DNA of 63,877 nt, filler included. It is 6 parts of 6 records of this genome, joined end to end, with 100 filler letters (N's around TTAATTAATTAA, not from the genome) between each part and the next. Parts side by side here need not be neighbours in the genome. Positions count along the whole stretch, not along the records: positions 1 to 7,818 come from SRR22947727_5833; positions 7,919 to 16,925 come from SRR22947727_5850; 4 more parts are not named here. One strand, given 5' to 3'. Below, piece after piece: positions 1 to 9,294 of the stretch (the stretch's first letter is position 1; each line of letters begins with the position of its first letter). The notes below the pieces were generated by a model, which saw only the letters and a list, made by a program, of their open reading frames with translations, had not been told where the DNA came from and made no database searches. The translations under genes were made by a program, and so were the position numbers.

Positions 1-172
1 GTCAATTATTGAGCGCATAGATTTAGGCTGCGTCAGAAATCTGATGCTTGTTCTTATTAGTTTGACAGAACCAGTAATCTTAACAAATTTGTGGATACAA
101 AGCGCCGTTAACTCAAGTGCCACGTACTGCTACCGTGGGAGTCCTACTTCTGCAGCCGGTGACGAAGTGTAG

Positions 173-760
173 TTAGCTACAGTCAACAAAATCCCTGATT
201 GCCGCTTTTGATTGTTCAGAAAAATGGGTGGCGAGGCTCTCCTTCGTAGTGGTGCCGTACATTCCTCTGAGTGCGGGCGTTGAAATCGCGAAGTACTGGA
301 TCGCCCCGATTAGCTTATAGAGGCCAGCGAGCACCTCCTCCCGCGAGACATCCTTCCAACGATTCGTCTCCCTCGTGACCGCGACCAACTTTTCGAGATA
401 GGGCTTCAAAGGCGACACTTTTGTAGCCGCGTCGGTATCGAGCAGCACGCGAATGACCAACCGCGCATCGTCTGGACGTGAGAGCGCACCGTTTGTATGG
501 GCTTCGAAATATGTGACGAGTCGCTGTTCGGGGGTAGGCGCATCGATGTCATCAATCTTCGACGATAACCGTTCCGCCAGGCGTGCTAGCACCTCGCCGT
601 AGAGCCGTTCCTTCGTTGGAAAGAAATACAACAGCGCCTGTTTGGTCACGCCAGCATCGTCCGCTAACGCGGCCAGAGTGACACCATGAAAGCCCCGCTC
701 AGCGAAACGATGCGTGGCAATCTCTAGGTATCTCCGTCGAGGATCAGTCTGATTGGCCAT
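173..760 (-). CDS. TetR/AcrR family transcriptional regulator
   Basis: N-terminal HTH 'IATHRFAERGFHGVTLAALADDAGVTKQALLYFFPTKERLY'; divergent from the crotonase gene. Confidence 0.93.
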   Translation of the reverse strand: MANQTDPRRRYLEIATHRFAERGFHGVTLAALADDAGVTKQALLYFFPTKERLYGEVLARLAERLSSKIDDIDAPTPEQRLVTYFEAHTNGALSRPDDARLVIRVLLDTDAATKVSPLKPYLEKLVAVTRETNRWKDVSREEVLAGLYKLIGAIQYFAISTPALRGMYGTTTKESLATHFSEQSKAAIRDFVDCS

Positions 761-799
761 TCTGGACCTCCTTTACCTCTACATAATGAAGCATTGACG

Positions 800-834
800 A
801 CTTACCAACTCATAAGTACTTACCATTTGGTAAG
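800..834. promoter_or_regulatory. Putative TetR operator(s) overlapping the crotonase promoter
   Basis: Palindrome CTTACCA-TT-TGGTAAG (819-834) and a degenerate copy ACTTACCAACTCATAAGT (800-817), directly after a TTGACG -35-like hexamer (794-799) in the tetR/crotonase intergenic region. Confidence 0.65.
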
Positions 835-855
835 GAAGCAGCGAGGGAGAGCAAA

Positions 856-1662
856 ATGTCTGTGGAAATTGATAAGAATGGAGACATTTGGACCATTATC
901 AACGACCGGTCCGATGCGCGGAACGCGGTTGATACCGATCATGCCAAGGCGCTGGTTTCAGCGTTTGATGCATTTGAAAACGGTTCTGCAAAGGTCGCTG
1001 TCTTTTGGGGGCGGGGCGAAAATTTCTGCGCTGGCTGGGACCTTAAACTGGCAGCATCCCTATCAAATGATATTAAGCGCGAAGCTTATTTTGACGAGCT
1101 AGCGTTTCCAATCGGGCATGGACCGACAGAACGTGGGCCGCTTGGTCCCTCACGCATGGAACTCAGCAAACCCGTCATCGGTGCTGTCGAAGGCGCCGCT
1201 GTCGCCGGAGGCATGGAGCTGGCACTTTGGTGCGATATTCGGGTGATGGCAGAGACTGCGTACTTGGGCGTTTATTGCCGCCGCTGGGGTATAACTCTGA
1301 TGGACGGCGGCGCGGTGAGATTGCCTCGGCTCGTCGGTCAGGGCAAGGCCTTGGAAATAGCGATGACCGGGCGCAAGGTTGAGGCAGAGGAATGCTACCG
1401 GATAGGATTGGCCGAGAAGGTTGTGCCGCATGGAGAGGCCCGCGCTGCCGCAGAGTCCATGGCTGCCGAGATCGCTCGTTTCCCGCAGGAGGCAGTGCGT
1501 GCTGACCGCCGTACAATTATCGAAACCCGCGGTATGTCCGTGCGCGACGCGATGAAGCTGGAATGGTCGAATGGGTTGGAGGCTATCCGTCGGGAAGGCA
1601 CCGCGGGTGCTGGTAGGTTCCGCGATGGTGCCGGGCGGCATGGTGACTTTGATAAAATCTAG
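856..1662 (+). CDS. Crotonase / enoyl-CoA hydratase family protein
   Basis: FCAGWDL, 'KPVIGAVEGAAVAGGMELALWCDIR' and 'GGAVRLPRLVG' crotonase motifs. Confidence 0.93.
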   Translation: MSVEIDKNGDIWTIINDRSDARNAVDTDHAKALVSAFDAFENGSAKVAVFWGRGENFCAGWDLKLAASLSNDIKREAYFDELAFPIGHGPTERGPLGPSRMELSKPVIGAVEGAAVAGGMELALWCDIRVMAETAYLGVYCRRWGITLMDGGAVRLPRLVGQGKALEIAMTGRKVEAEECYRIGLAEKVVPHGEARAAAESMAAEIARFPQEAVRADRRTIIETRGMSVRDAMKLEWSNGLEAIRREGTAGAGRFRDGAGRHGDFDKI

Positions 1663-1995
1663 TAGTTGGAGACCGGGCCTCAATTCCTTAGTGAACATTC
1701 TAGCAGGCGGTGTCGGATTAAACTTGCGCGAAGTGTACAGGGCAAATTTATAGCATCAGTGATGATCAAGCATCCCACATTTTGCTATATGAACCTTGGC
1801 CCTTTGAGTTTTAGGTGATAATGAGAATCTGACATGAATTAGAAGTAGTTAACAACGCACCAGTATCAATTGTAACATCTTAGGATGTCGTGTGATTGAT
1901 CATTAATTTGAATATCTGGTCTGGTGGCTTGCCAATGACCTCCGCAGCTAAGCGGTTAATTGACTGCAGATAAATATGATGTAGGTCGAACATAA

Positions 1996-2877
1996 ATGGA
2001 AAAGATGGCAAAAAAGTGTTTCTGGCGATTTGCACCATTCATTTTTGTGCTGTTCTGGTCTGGTGGATATACCTTTTCAAAACTTGGCTTGGCATATATC
2101 GAACCAATGACACTCCTGACAGTTCGGTATGGCATTGCAGTGTGCTTGCTATTACCATTCATTCTCTGGTTTTCTAAGCCTTGGCCGGTCTCTGTTCGGC
2201 ATTGGGTCGTCCTAGTGATAACTGGTTTCCTACTTCAGTGTGTATATTTTGGCTTGAGCTACCTTGCATTTAAAAAAGGTTTGAATGCTGGAACCGCTGC
2301 GGCCATCAATTCGCTTCAACCGATACTGGTTGCGACGCTGGGACCAATCTTCAATAGAGGTCGTGGTGGACTGCATCTCTGGGCCGGTCTAATTGTTGGG
2401 TTAATTGGCGTGGCTCTGGTGATTGTGTCAGGCAATTCACTCGGGCCAAGCCCTTGGGTGGCGGTTTTTCTCGCGTTAAGTGCGCTGGCCGGGATCACGG
2501 TTGCAACACTTTTTGAGAAGTGGCACGGGATAAAAACCGATCCCATGACTGGTGGTTTTGTGCAGTATTTTGTGGGTTTCGTCTTTCTCATGCCAGTAGC
2601 CATCGCGACTGAGACCATGGTTATCGTTTGGCACCCGGAATTAATAATTTCTTTAGCATACCTTGTGATTGCTAACTCAATCATCTCTGTAGGCATTTAT
2701 ATGGTTCTTCTGCAGCGGGGGGATGCCACTAGTATATCGTCACTATTCTATCTCGTTCCTCCACTCGCAATGTTTATAGCATGGGCTATCCTAGGAGAAG
2801 CCGTTACTAAACTTGCGCTAGCTGGCTTTGCGCTTTCGGCAGCAGGTGTCTACATCGTCATTAAGCGACCTTCTTAA
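1996..2877 (+). CDS. DMT/EamA family transporter
   Basis: About 10 hydrophobic segments; 'FVLFWSGGY', 'LQPILVA', 'SSLFYLVPP...AWAILGE' EamA patterns. Confidence 0.9.
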   Translation: MEKMAKKCFWRFAPFIFVLFWSGGYTFSKLGLAYIEPMTLLTVRYGIAVCLLLPFILWFSKPWPVSVRHWVVLVITGFLLQCVYFGLSYLAFKKGLNAGTAAAINSLQPILVATLGPIFNRGRGGLHLWAGLIVGLIGVALVIVSGNSLGPSPWVAVFLALSALAGITVATLFEKWHGIKTDPMTGGFVQYFVGFVFLMPVAIATETMVIVWHPELIISLAYLVIANSIISVGIYMVLLQRGDATSISSLFYLVPPLAMFIAWAILGEAVTKLALAGFALSAAGVYIVIKRPS

Positions 2878-3211
2878 GGCGAGATAAAGGCGTTTTTTAA
2901 GAATACATTGTATCTGAGCCTCGCTTCAAGGTCCCCGCGGGTACTGTCAGAAGAAACTAACTCGAGACGGGGAGGGCGGTTTTATATCCTCACCGTATGA
3001 CAAAACGCTCTCCATTTCGCTACATGAAACCTGGCCCGGGGTTACTGCACCGTTTTGTGTAGGCCCGTGGACCGGGAGCCAAGGGCCGTGAGCAGTGGAC
3101 CACGCACCGTCGACCTATTACCGGTGTTACCTGAGCTCAATTGGCGTTGATTAGTTTTGCTCGGGCCTCGGTCCGTCGACCAAGTCGCGCATGCCTAGCA
3201 AAGCCATCCAA

Positions 3212-3235
3212 TATGGGGTATAATAAAACCCCATA
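3212..3235. promoter_or_regulatory. Inverted repeat upstream of the HGGxSTG gene
   Basis: TATGGGGT-ataataaa-ACCCCATA: 8-bp arms overlapping a TATAAT-like hexamer, 12 nt before the start codon. Confidence 0.5.
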
Positions 3236-3247
3236 AACCGATGATAT

Positions 3248-3605
3248 GTGAGCACAAGGAAAGCTAATCCCAAACCATGGCTTTACGGCCCAAAGTGGCA
3301 GGGTCAGAGGTGCGAGGCCCGGACCCGTCGGGGGAACTTGTGCCAGCGTCCCGCCAGACTCCCTGTGGGCCGCTGTAAGCTCCATGGAGGGGCCTCCACC
3401 GGCCCTCCAGACCAAGGACGGCCTTGCGCGACTCACAGAGGCTAAAGTCAAGCACGGTCGCTTTACCAAAGACAAGCGAGCAGCGGCTAGACTCTTTGCT
3501 GAACAGGGGCGGCAGATGCGCGGCGAACTGAAGGAGCTGGAGACTTGGTTCGTGGACCACGGTCATCTGTCCAAGAATTGGCGCAAAGATTGGGACAAGC
3601 TCTGA
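3248..3605 (+). pseudogene. HGGxSTG-motif protein split by a +1 frameshift (real or sequencing error)
   Basis: Frame 1 gives CEARTRRG..CQRP...RCKLHGGASTGP. After one extra base near 3407 (GGCCCT-C-CAGACC) the other frame continues with the typical QTKDGLARLTEAKVKHGRFTK. Confidence 0.8.
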
Positions 3606-3813
3606 GACGATGATAGTAGGCTCATGGCATTGGACCAATTGCCATGGGGGTTACTATGGTCTTTCTTTTGGGCAAGCAGGGATGCCGCTTAGGGGTACCA
3701 ATTAAGCATGGGCCGTGGTCCTGGGACCATGGGCATATAATGTTGGCGTAGTAAATTCACTGGTGCCTAAATTCATTTGAGATTTTGAGCCGTGTGCATT
3801 GAGCTGACTTCAA

Positions 3814-4146
3814 TCATGAGCTGTATCTATTATGGAACCCTGCCATTTTTGGCCCAATTATAGCCAGGGGGATAACGCCCTTGCGCCGCCTAAATTCAAT
3901 GACATCCAGAGGAACTATTCGCTCTAAATGGTTCATAACCTTTTTGCGCCTGTCTAGTGTGGTGATACCGGCTGAATCCCAAATGGGTTTGCGCATTCCA
4001 ATCGTGTCGCCTGGGACAAGGCCTTGTATTTTTTGTTGTAGCAGCAATTCAAAAAATACAAGTAACCAGTCGGGGCAAACCTCAGTACAGGCCTTTAAGT
4101 CTAATGACAGGTACCTTTGTGGTGACTTGATCGGCCTAAATGCCAT
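3814..4146 (-). CDS. Hypothetical protein, possibly winged-helix DNA-binding, downstream of polA
   Basis: 110-aa ORF co-oriented with polA; C-terminal helix followed by a basic beta-hairpin-like segment 'EFRRRKGVIPLAII'. Confidence 0.55.
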   Translation of the reverse strand: MAFRPIKSPQRYLSLDLKACTEVCPDWLLVFFELLLQQKIQGLVPGDTIGMRKPIWDSAGITTLDRRKKVMNHLERIVPLDVIEFRRRKGVIPLAIIGPKMAGFHNRYSS

Positions 4147-4214
4147 CAGTATTATCCCTATTATATTATATATAAGTAAGAAAAGTAAGTTGCAGCGGGT
4201 GGGACGGTTCCGAC

Positions 4215-5990
4215 CTAACTATTGGCCGGAACCGGCCTTTGTTTGGCCCTGAGCATATCAAGCAGGGTCATTATTCTGCCGAACATTACCTCGCCCCTCT
4301 CGTCCATGTACCGATCTGGATAGCGCACGATCTCCGTGTCAACTCGGCAAGCGTGCCCCCCCATGACAATCTTCGATGCATCAACCATAAGTTTGGTGGT
4401 TCTAGCAATCACATCGATCTCTTGGGCGAGCGAAAACCGTACCAGAAACGCGTCGTGGATGGGACAACAGACTTCTATCCCAGCTTCCGTCAACATGCAG
4501 GCTGCAAGCCTCATGATATCGGCACCTGTTGATTGCATTGGCCAGTTCAGCAAACTTCTGTCGTTGGGGTCTGGATCCCTGCGCAGCTGGATCTTCCAGC
4601 CAAGCGGAGTAACCAGTGGCTCACCCATTAGGGCACGCATTTGATTAGCCTCCGCCCACTTCCAGAATACGCGATAGGTCATCTTGTGACTGTTGAGCAG
4701 TCCATTAGCCTCTACTTTGTGGATGCCTGCGCCCAGTGCAAGAGACTCTGCGCCCATTCCATAACCCACGCCTAAAACGATTTGTTTGCAGCGGCTTCGG
4801 ATCTCTTTATGGCTGGCCTTAGTGGCACCCGTTGGCGCAAGGCCAGCTTGGATCGCAAAGGCCATATATGGGTCACCAGACACGTATGCTTGCCACATGC
4901 TCTGATCACCACTTAAAGCGGCTGCAATTGCAATTTCCTGACTCGAATAATCAACATATGCTAAACCGTAACCCTCCTCAGGTTTAATGAGCGACCTCAA
5001 CCAAGCGGAATTGCCAAATATAGACTTGGTAGTTGATGGTTGATTGCGACTGGTTTTGGCGGCGAAGGGGCGAAGCAGTGTCCGGTTACGCCCATCTGCT
5101 CCGACATGTAGCTTCAGCGATCGCATCTGGGCTAGAGTGACCCGCAATTCGTGTAGCGATGCCACTTGGGTATGGGACTTGGACATTTGGCGAAAGGTAG
5201 CCTCGTCGAGTTTCAACTTGCCGTTATCAGTTTTGGGCCATTGGATAGCCTGTGCAGCGACCCAGCTCTCAAACTTAGCCTGTTTGAAGGTTGTACCCTC
5301 ATAGATGTCATAGTCCTGATCAACAGCTTCAATTAGATGGAGGCACAGTTCAGGCCAATACAGCATTAGCCCGGCGAACAGTTCTGTATCAACTGGCGTT
5401 CCAGAAAACTCCATCTTCGCTATCGCAACAGTGTAGCGGCCGCGCAGCAGAGCTTGGGTGAGGGCAAGTTGGTCCGTTGCAATCTTTGGCCACATTTCCC
5501 TAAAAAGGTTACCGGTAATTTCGACATCTTCGGCGCAGTATTCAAGAATGTCATTCTGTTGCTCAGGGGACCAGGGTCCGCCTGAGATTATCAGTTCGCG
5601 CATGTCAGTTTTGTAGTTGGCGTCCATTGCTGCGATGCCGAAGGCCTCCGCTGCCGCAAGCAGTCCGTATCCCGATCTCATGGTGTGCCCTGCAGCCCCA
5701 TTCGTCATCCGACGATATTCTGGGTAGAGATCAATGATGCGGGTAGGGAGGTCCCAACCAAGGCTCAGGAAGCAGTTCCATTCAGCCGAAGCGTAATAGC
5801 CAACGTATAAATACTCTGGCCCAAGTGGGAGGGGGCATTGTGCCCCCTCTGCGACCCACAAACGTGTCTGGGTGCCCTTTTTCAAAGATTTTGCAACCAG
5901 ACAAATGGGACGCTGCCGCTCCCCGTCTGCAGCGACAAACTCAAAGTCGAGAGCGATTACATCTTTATAGAGGTCCAGATAATCCATCAT
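4215..5990 (-). CDS. Family A DNA polymerase with 3'-5' exonuclease, no 5'-3' exonuclease
   Basis: ExoI 'ALDFEF', ExoIII 'YCAEDV', motif A 'DYSSQEIAIAAALSGD', motif B 'RSRCKQIVLGVGYGMG', motif C 'PIHDAF'. Confidence 0.93.
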   Translation of the reverse strand: MMDYLDLYKDVIALDFEFVAADGERQRPICLVAKSLKKGTQTRLWVAEGAQCPLPLGPEYLYVGYYASAEWNCFLSLGWDLPTRIIDLYPEYRRMTNGAAGHTMRSGYGLLAAAEAFGIAAMDANYKTDMRELIISGGPWSPEQQNDILEYCAEDVEITGNLFREMWPKIATDQLALTQALLRGRYTVAIAKMEFSGTPVDTELFAGLMLYWPELCLHLIEAVDQDYDIYEGTTFKQAKFESWVAAQAIQWPKTDNGKLKLDEATFRQMSKSHTQVASLHELRVTLAQMRSLKLHVGADGRNRTLLRPFAAKTSRNQPSTTKSIFGNSAWLRSLIKPEEGYGLAYVDYSSQEIAIAAALSGDQSMWQAYVSGDPYMAFAIQAGLAPTGATKASHKEIRSRCKQIVLGVGYGMGAESLALGAGIHKVEANGLLNSHKMTYRVFWKWAEANQMRALMGEPLVTPLGWKIQLRRDPDPNDRSLLNWPMQSTGADIMRLAACMLTEAGIEVCCPIHDAFLVRFSLAQEIDVIARTTKLMVDASKIVMGGHACRVDTEIVRYPDRYMDERGEVMFGRIMTLLDMLRAKQRPVPANS

Positions 5991-6577
5991 TCGTACCCCA
6001 ATAACCGCTGGATCACGGGATGGTTCATATCGCGAATAACGCGCTCCTCGCCAAAGCCAAGCTTGATAAGTTCACTAAGTGAAAAGTCAGGCCAGTCTGG
6101 CTCACTTTCAGAGGAACTGGTGTGAATAGTGTAGGCTCCCTCAGCCATATTGGCTGACATGCGCACCCACTTCGTTTCCGACAACCGTAGCGCTTCTAAC
6201 GCACTGGTATTCCAAAGATTGGGACGTTGGAACTCGTCCTCGGCTTGGCGGGGGGCCAGCCATAAGAAGGGGGTACCCATCTTGTCTATGCATAACACGA
6301 GTAATTTGGGTTTGGTTTCCTCGACGAGGGCACCGGTAACAGCGGGCATTACAAGGTACTCTTCCTTCATCATCCCACTATTATACTCAATGATGTTAAC
6401 TGGCAGTCTGTAAGTGGGGTCCGAGTGTGACCTGAAAAAGGCCGACTTCTTGGGCTTGCCAGTTAGTATGTGAGTGAACTCCCGTCGAATACCGTCACCG
6501 CTGCCATCCAGGGTATTTGATGCGCGAAACTGCGTGGGATCGAATGGGTCGGGTGTCTTTTTCTTATCGTCAGTCAT
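5987..6577 (-). CDS. Conserved hypothetical protein translationally coupled to polA (possible ssDNA-binding accessory)
   Basis: 196-aa ORF with SD GAGGT; its stop overlaps the polA start (ATGA). Confidence 0.75.
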   Translation of the reverse strand: MTDDKKKTPDPFDPTQFRASNTLDGSGDGIRREFTHILTGKPKKSAFFRSHSDPTYRLPVNIIEYNSGMMKEEYLVMPAVTGALVEETKPKLLVLCIDKMGTPFLWLAPRQAEDEFQRPNLWNTSALEALRLSETKWVRMSANMAEGAYTIHTSSSESEPDWPDFSLSELIKLGFGEERVIRDMNHPVIQRLLGYE

Positions 6578-6683
6578 TTTAAGTACCTCGTACTTGAGGC
6601 GCTTTAGCCGATCAGGTATAGTTTGGGGGGGGTAACTGCTACATTACACGCCAATCTAGCCCACGGCCTTCGCACCGTGGGTT

Positions 6684-6911
6684 TTACTTTGGCTTGTTCT
6701 GCCGAGGGTTATCAGATCGTGATGCAAGTTTACTCTCAACCCAGGCGCTCACTTCGGACTGAAGCCAGGCAACTCTATTCCCACCAAGGCGGACCCTTTG
6801 TGGGAACTCGCCCGCGCGCTCTAGACGCCATATGTGGCTGGCGGAGTAAGGTACAATTTTCTGCACTTGTTGCAGCATGATAAATTTCTCTAATGGGGTG
6901 TGATCGTCCAT
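6684..6911 (-). CDS. alpA: AlpA family regulator / excisionase
   Basis: 'MLQQVQKIVPYSASHIWRLERAGEFPQRVRLGGNRVAWLQSEVSAWV' AlpA HTH signature; start set at the ATG at 6911 behind an AAGGA SD. Confidence 0.9.
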   Translation of the reverse strand: MDDHTPLEKFIMLQQVQKIVPYSASHIWRLERAGEFPQRVRLGGNRVAWLQSEVSAWVESKLASRSDNPRQNKPK

Positions 6912-7064
6912 GGTATTCCTTTCACGTTTATAGACATGAAAACACATGGCCCAGATCAGGCATTACAGGCATCGGGGGAAACTCCCCCAGTTTTTAAATA
7001 AAAATAATTCTACGAGAATTATGCGATAAATATATGAAAATAAACGCTTTATTATTTTGCAGTG

Positions 7065-7697
7065 TCACATCTTTCTTTGTCTTTTGATTGCTTCGTCTAC
7101 GGACGCATTAATACCTAATGCGTTGAATAAGACTTCGAGGATTCTATGAAATGGGAGGTCGCCGTCGGTGTCCCAGCGACGTCTATAGCTTTCCCCTGCT
7201 GCACTGACGTAGGCTGCCGCGACAAAGGAGACTAAAACGCTCAAACGATCTTTAGAGGGGCGACCTTCTTTAGACGGGCCAATCAGGCGATAACCGACTC
7301 TGTCTGATAATCTCTTTCCGCTCACTGCAATCGTCTGACGGATGTCTTGGGCCAATACATTTATTCCGGCCTTATCTTCTTTATTAGGTAACGTCGGAAG
7401 CGGTTTTGCCCCTTGCAGAAGGTTCGACCCTTCGAGCAAACTCTTTGTAGTAGTACTGACATTTTTAAGTATGTTTAGCAAAGTGTAGTTGGGCTTCTGA
7501 CATACCCGATTTATTTCCCTTAACTCTTTCGCAACCATGCTTGGTTCGTCTAAATCCAAATAAATCTCTATGGCAGAATATGCTTGGTCTAGAAATTGGT
7601 CGAAGGTATCTTCGGGAATGAGCTCTCTCACAAGCTCCATGGCTTGCAATAGTTCTTCTCGGCTAAGAGCTGTTCTAGGCTTGGGCCCCCTATTCAT
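7065..7697 (-). CDS. Hypothetical protein between integrase and alpA
   Basis: 210-aa ORF overlapping the integrase stop; contains a GRPS motif. Confidence 0.7.
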   Translation of the reverse strand: MNRGPKPRTALSREELLQAMELVRELIPEDTFDQFLDQAYSAIEIYLDLDEPSMVAKELREINRVCQKPNYTLLNILKNVSTTTKSLLEGSNLLQGAKPLPTLPNKEDKAGINVLAQDIRQTIAVSGKRLSDRVGYRLIGPSKEGRPSKDRLSVLVSFVAAAYVSAAGESYRRRWDTDGDLPFHRILEVLFNALGINASVDEAIKRQRKM

Positions 7698-7818
7698 CTG
7701 CGACTAAATCCTGAATGAATGTACCCCACTTTTGCAAGGCTACTCGCCGTTCTTCAAGATATTCCCCGTGCTGGTAGATGGCGGCAACACCGCGTACCTG
7801 TCCGGTCACATGGTTCAA
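7690..7818 (-). CDS. Tyrosine recombinase / P4-like integrase, C-terminal fragment (truncated by contig end)
   Basis: Manual translation LNHVTGQVRGVAAIYQHGEYLEERRVALQKWGTFIQDLVADE*, matching box II (LNH...catalytic Y) and the P4-type tail; not in the ORF track. Confidence 0.85.
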   Translation of the reverse strand: MNHVTGQVRGVAAIYQHGEYLEERRVALQKWGTFIQDLVADE

Positions 7819-7918
7819 NNNNNNNNNNNNNNNNNNNNNNNNNNNNNNNNNNNNNNNNNNNNTTAATTAATTAANNNNNNNNNNNNNNNNNNNNNNNNNN
7901 NNNNNNNNNNNNNNNNNN
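7819..7918. other. Artificial contig spacer (N44-TTAATTAATTAA-N44)
   Basis: N runs around a linker with stops in all six frames; identical spacer occurs five times. Confidence 0.98.
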
Positions 7919-8579
7919 CCACTTCCATTTCATATTCTTTCCAACCCAAGAGGCTTTCATCAATCAAGATTTGGCTGACTGGGGAAGCGTCCAGGCCGGT
8001 TTTGCAAAAATGCTCGTAGTCCTCTCGGTTATACGCCACGCCGCCGCCTGTCCCGCCCAATGTAAAGGCCGGGCGAATAATCGCGGGTAGGCCGATGTCA
8101 TCAAGCGCGGCCATACATTCTTCCATCGTCTCAGCGATGGTGGCGCGTGGATTTTCAAGGCCAAGCCGATCCATGGCTTCGCGAAAGAGTTTGCGGTCTT
8201 CGGCCATTTCAATCGCCGGGCGCTTGGCGCCAATCATCTCTACGCCAAACTTGTCCAAGACGCCCATTTCCTCAAGCGCAAGCGAGGTGTTCAGGCCGGT
8301 CTGTCCACCCATCGTCGGCAGCAGCGCGTCAGGGCGCTCAATCTCAATGATCTTTGCGACGGTCTCAGGTGTGATGGGTTCGATGTAGGTGGCATCGGCC
8401 ATGTCCGGATCGGTCATGATGGTGGCAGGATTTGAATTGACCAAAATCACGCGGTAGCCTTCTTCGCGCAGTGCCTTGCAGGCTTGGGCGCCGGAGTAAT
8501 CGAACTCACAGGCTTGACCGATGACGATGGGGCCCGCTCCAATAATCATAATGGATTTAATGTCAGTTCTCTTCGGCAT
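7919..8579 (-). CDS. carB: Carbamoyl-phosphate synthase large subunit, 5' part (truncated)
   Basis: [41 protein letters not shown]. Confidence 0.98.
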
Positions 8580-8718
8580 GAATCTATCCTTCAGTGTCGG
8601 GCGCAAACTGTCCTGCCTTATAGGGAAGGCGGTCATGGGTGCAAGGGGCTTTGTGATATTCAAGGCCAGTTTGCGACGCCCAGAGTCCGAGATTGCCACA
8701 AGCCGGTCGTGCCGGGCC

Positions 8719-9192
8719 CTAGGGCAGGGGCAATTCGGTTGTATCTTTCAGCTCTTCCATGACGAAGCTGGCACTGACATCTGCCAATTCGATACGCGAA
8801 ATAAGACGCTGATAAAGATCATCATAGGCTTGCACGTCGCGGACGCGGGCTTTGATCAAATAGTCTTGATGACCCGAAGTGCGATAGGCCGCTTGTACCT
8901 GCGGCAGGCTGCGAATGACCTTCGTGAATTGATCTGCCCAATCTTTGCTGTGGCTACGCACAGAGATTGACACAAAGACAGTAAGACCAAGCCCAATCTT
9001 TTGCGCATCCAGAAGCGCCACACGCGCCTTCAAAAGGCCACTATCTTGCAGGCGCTTGACCCGCCGCCAAACCGCATTGCGTGACAGGTGGACCGCTTCG
9101 GACAATTCCTCCAAGGATTGCGCAGAATTACGTTGCATTTGTTGCAATATAGCGCGGTCATAATCATCATATGTTACGAATTTATCTGACAT
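8719..9192 (-). CDS. Lrp/AsnC family transcriptional regulator
   Basis: '[37 protein letters not shown]' HTH plus RAM domain. Confidence 0.93.
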   Translation of the reverse strand: MSDKFVTYDDYDRAILQQMQRNSAQSLEELSEAVHLSRNAVWRRVKRLQDSGLLKARVALLDAQKIGLGLTVFVSISVRSHSKDWADQFTKVIRSLPQVQAAYRTSGHQDYLIKARVRDVQAYDDLYQRLISRIELADVSASFVMEELKDTTELPLP

Positions 9193-9294
9193 TGCGAAAT
9201 TTTATCACAGTAAATGGGCATAACAAAGAAAATTTGGGAAAAAAGTTGAGCGCGGATAGTTTACACTGTCATCAGGATTTTTTGGAGCTTTGAC

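Larger units (their letters stand above)
2930..7818 (-). mobile_element. Integrative, phage-satellite-like element encoding a family A DNA polymerase (partial; left boundary uncertain)
   Basis: Tyrosine integrase C-terminus, AlpA, PolA and HGGxSTG gene within ~5 kb; no capsid, tail, primase or helicase visible. Confidence 0.75.

Noticed and set aside
4215-5990. Host chromosomal polA
   Set aside because: Lacks the 5'-3' exonuclease, is divergent, and sits in an integrase/alpA context.
6974-6995. GGGGG-AAACT-CCCCC followed by a T run as a terminator
   Set aside because: Only a 5-bp stem, and the T-tract is on the strand opposite the local genes; too weak to call, though it could be a regulator site upstream of alpA.
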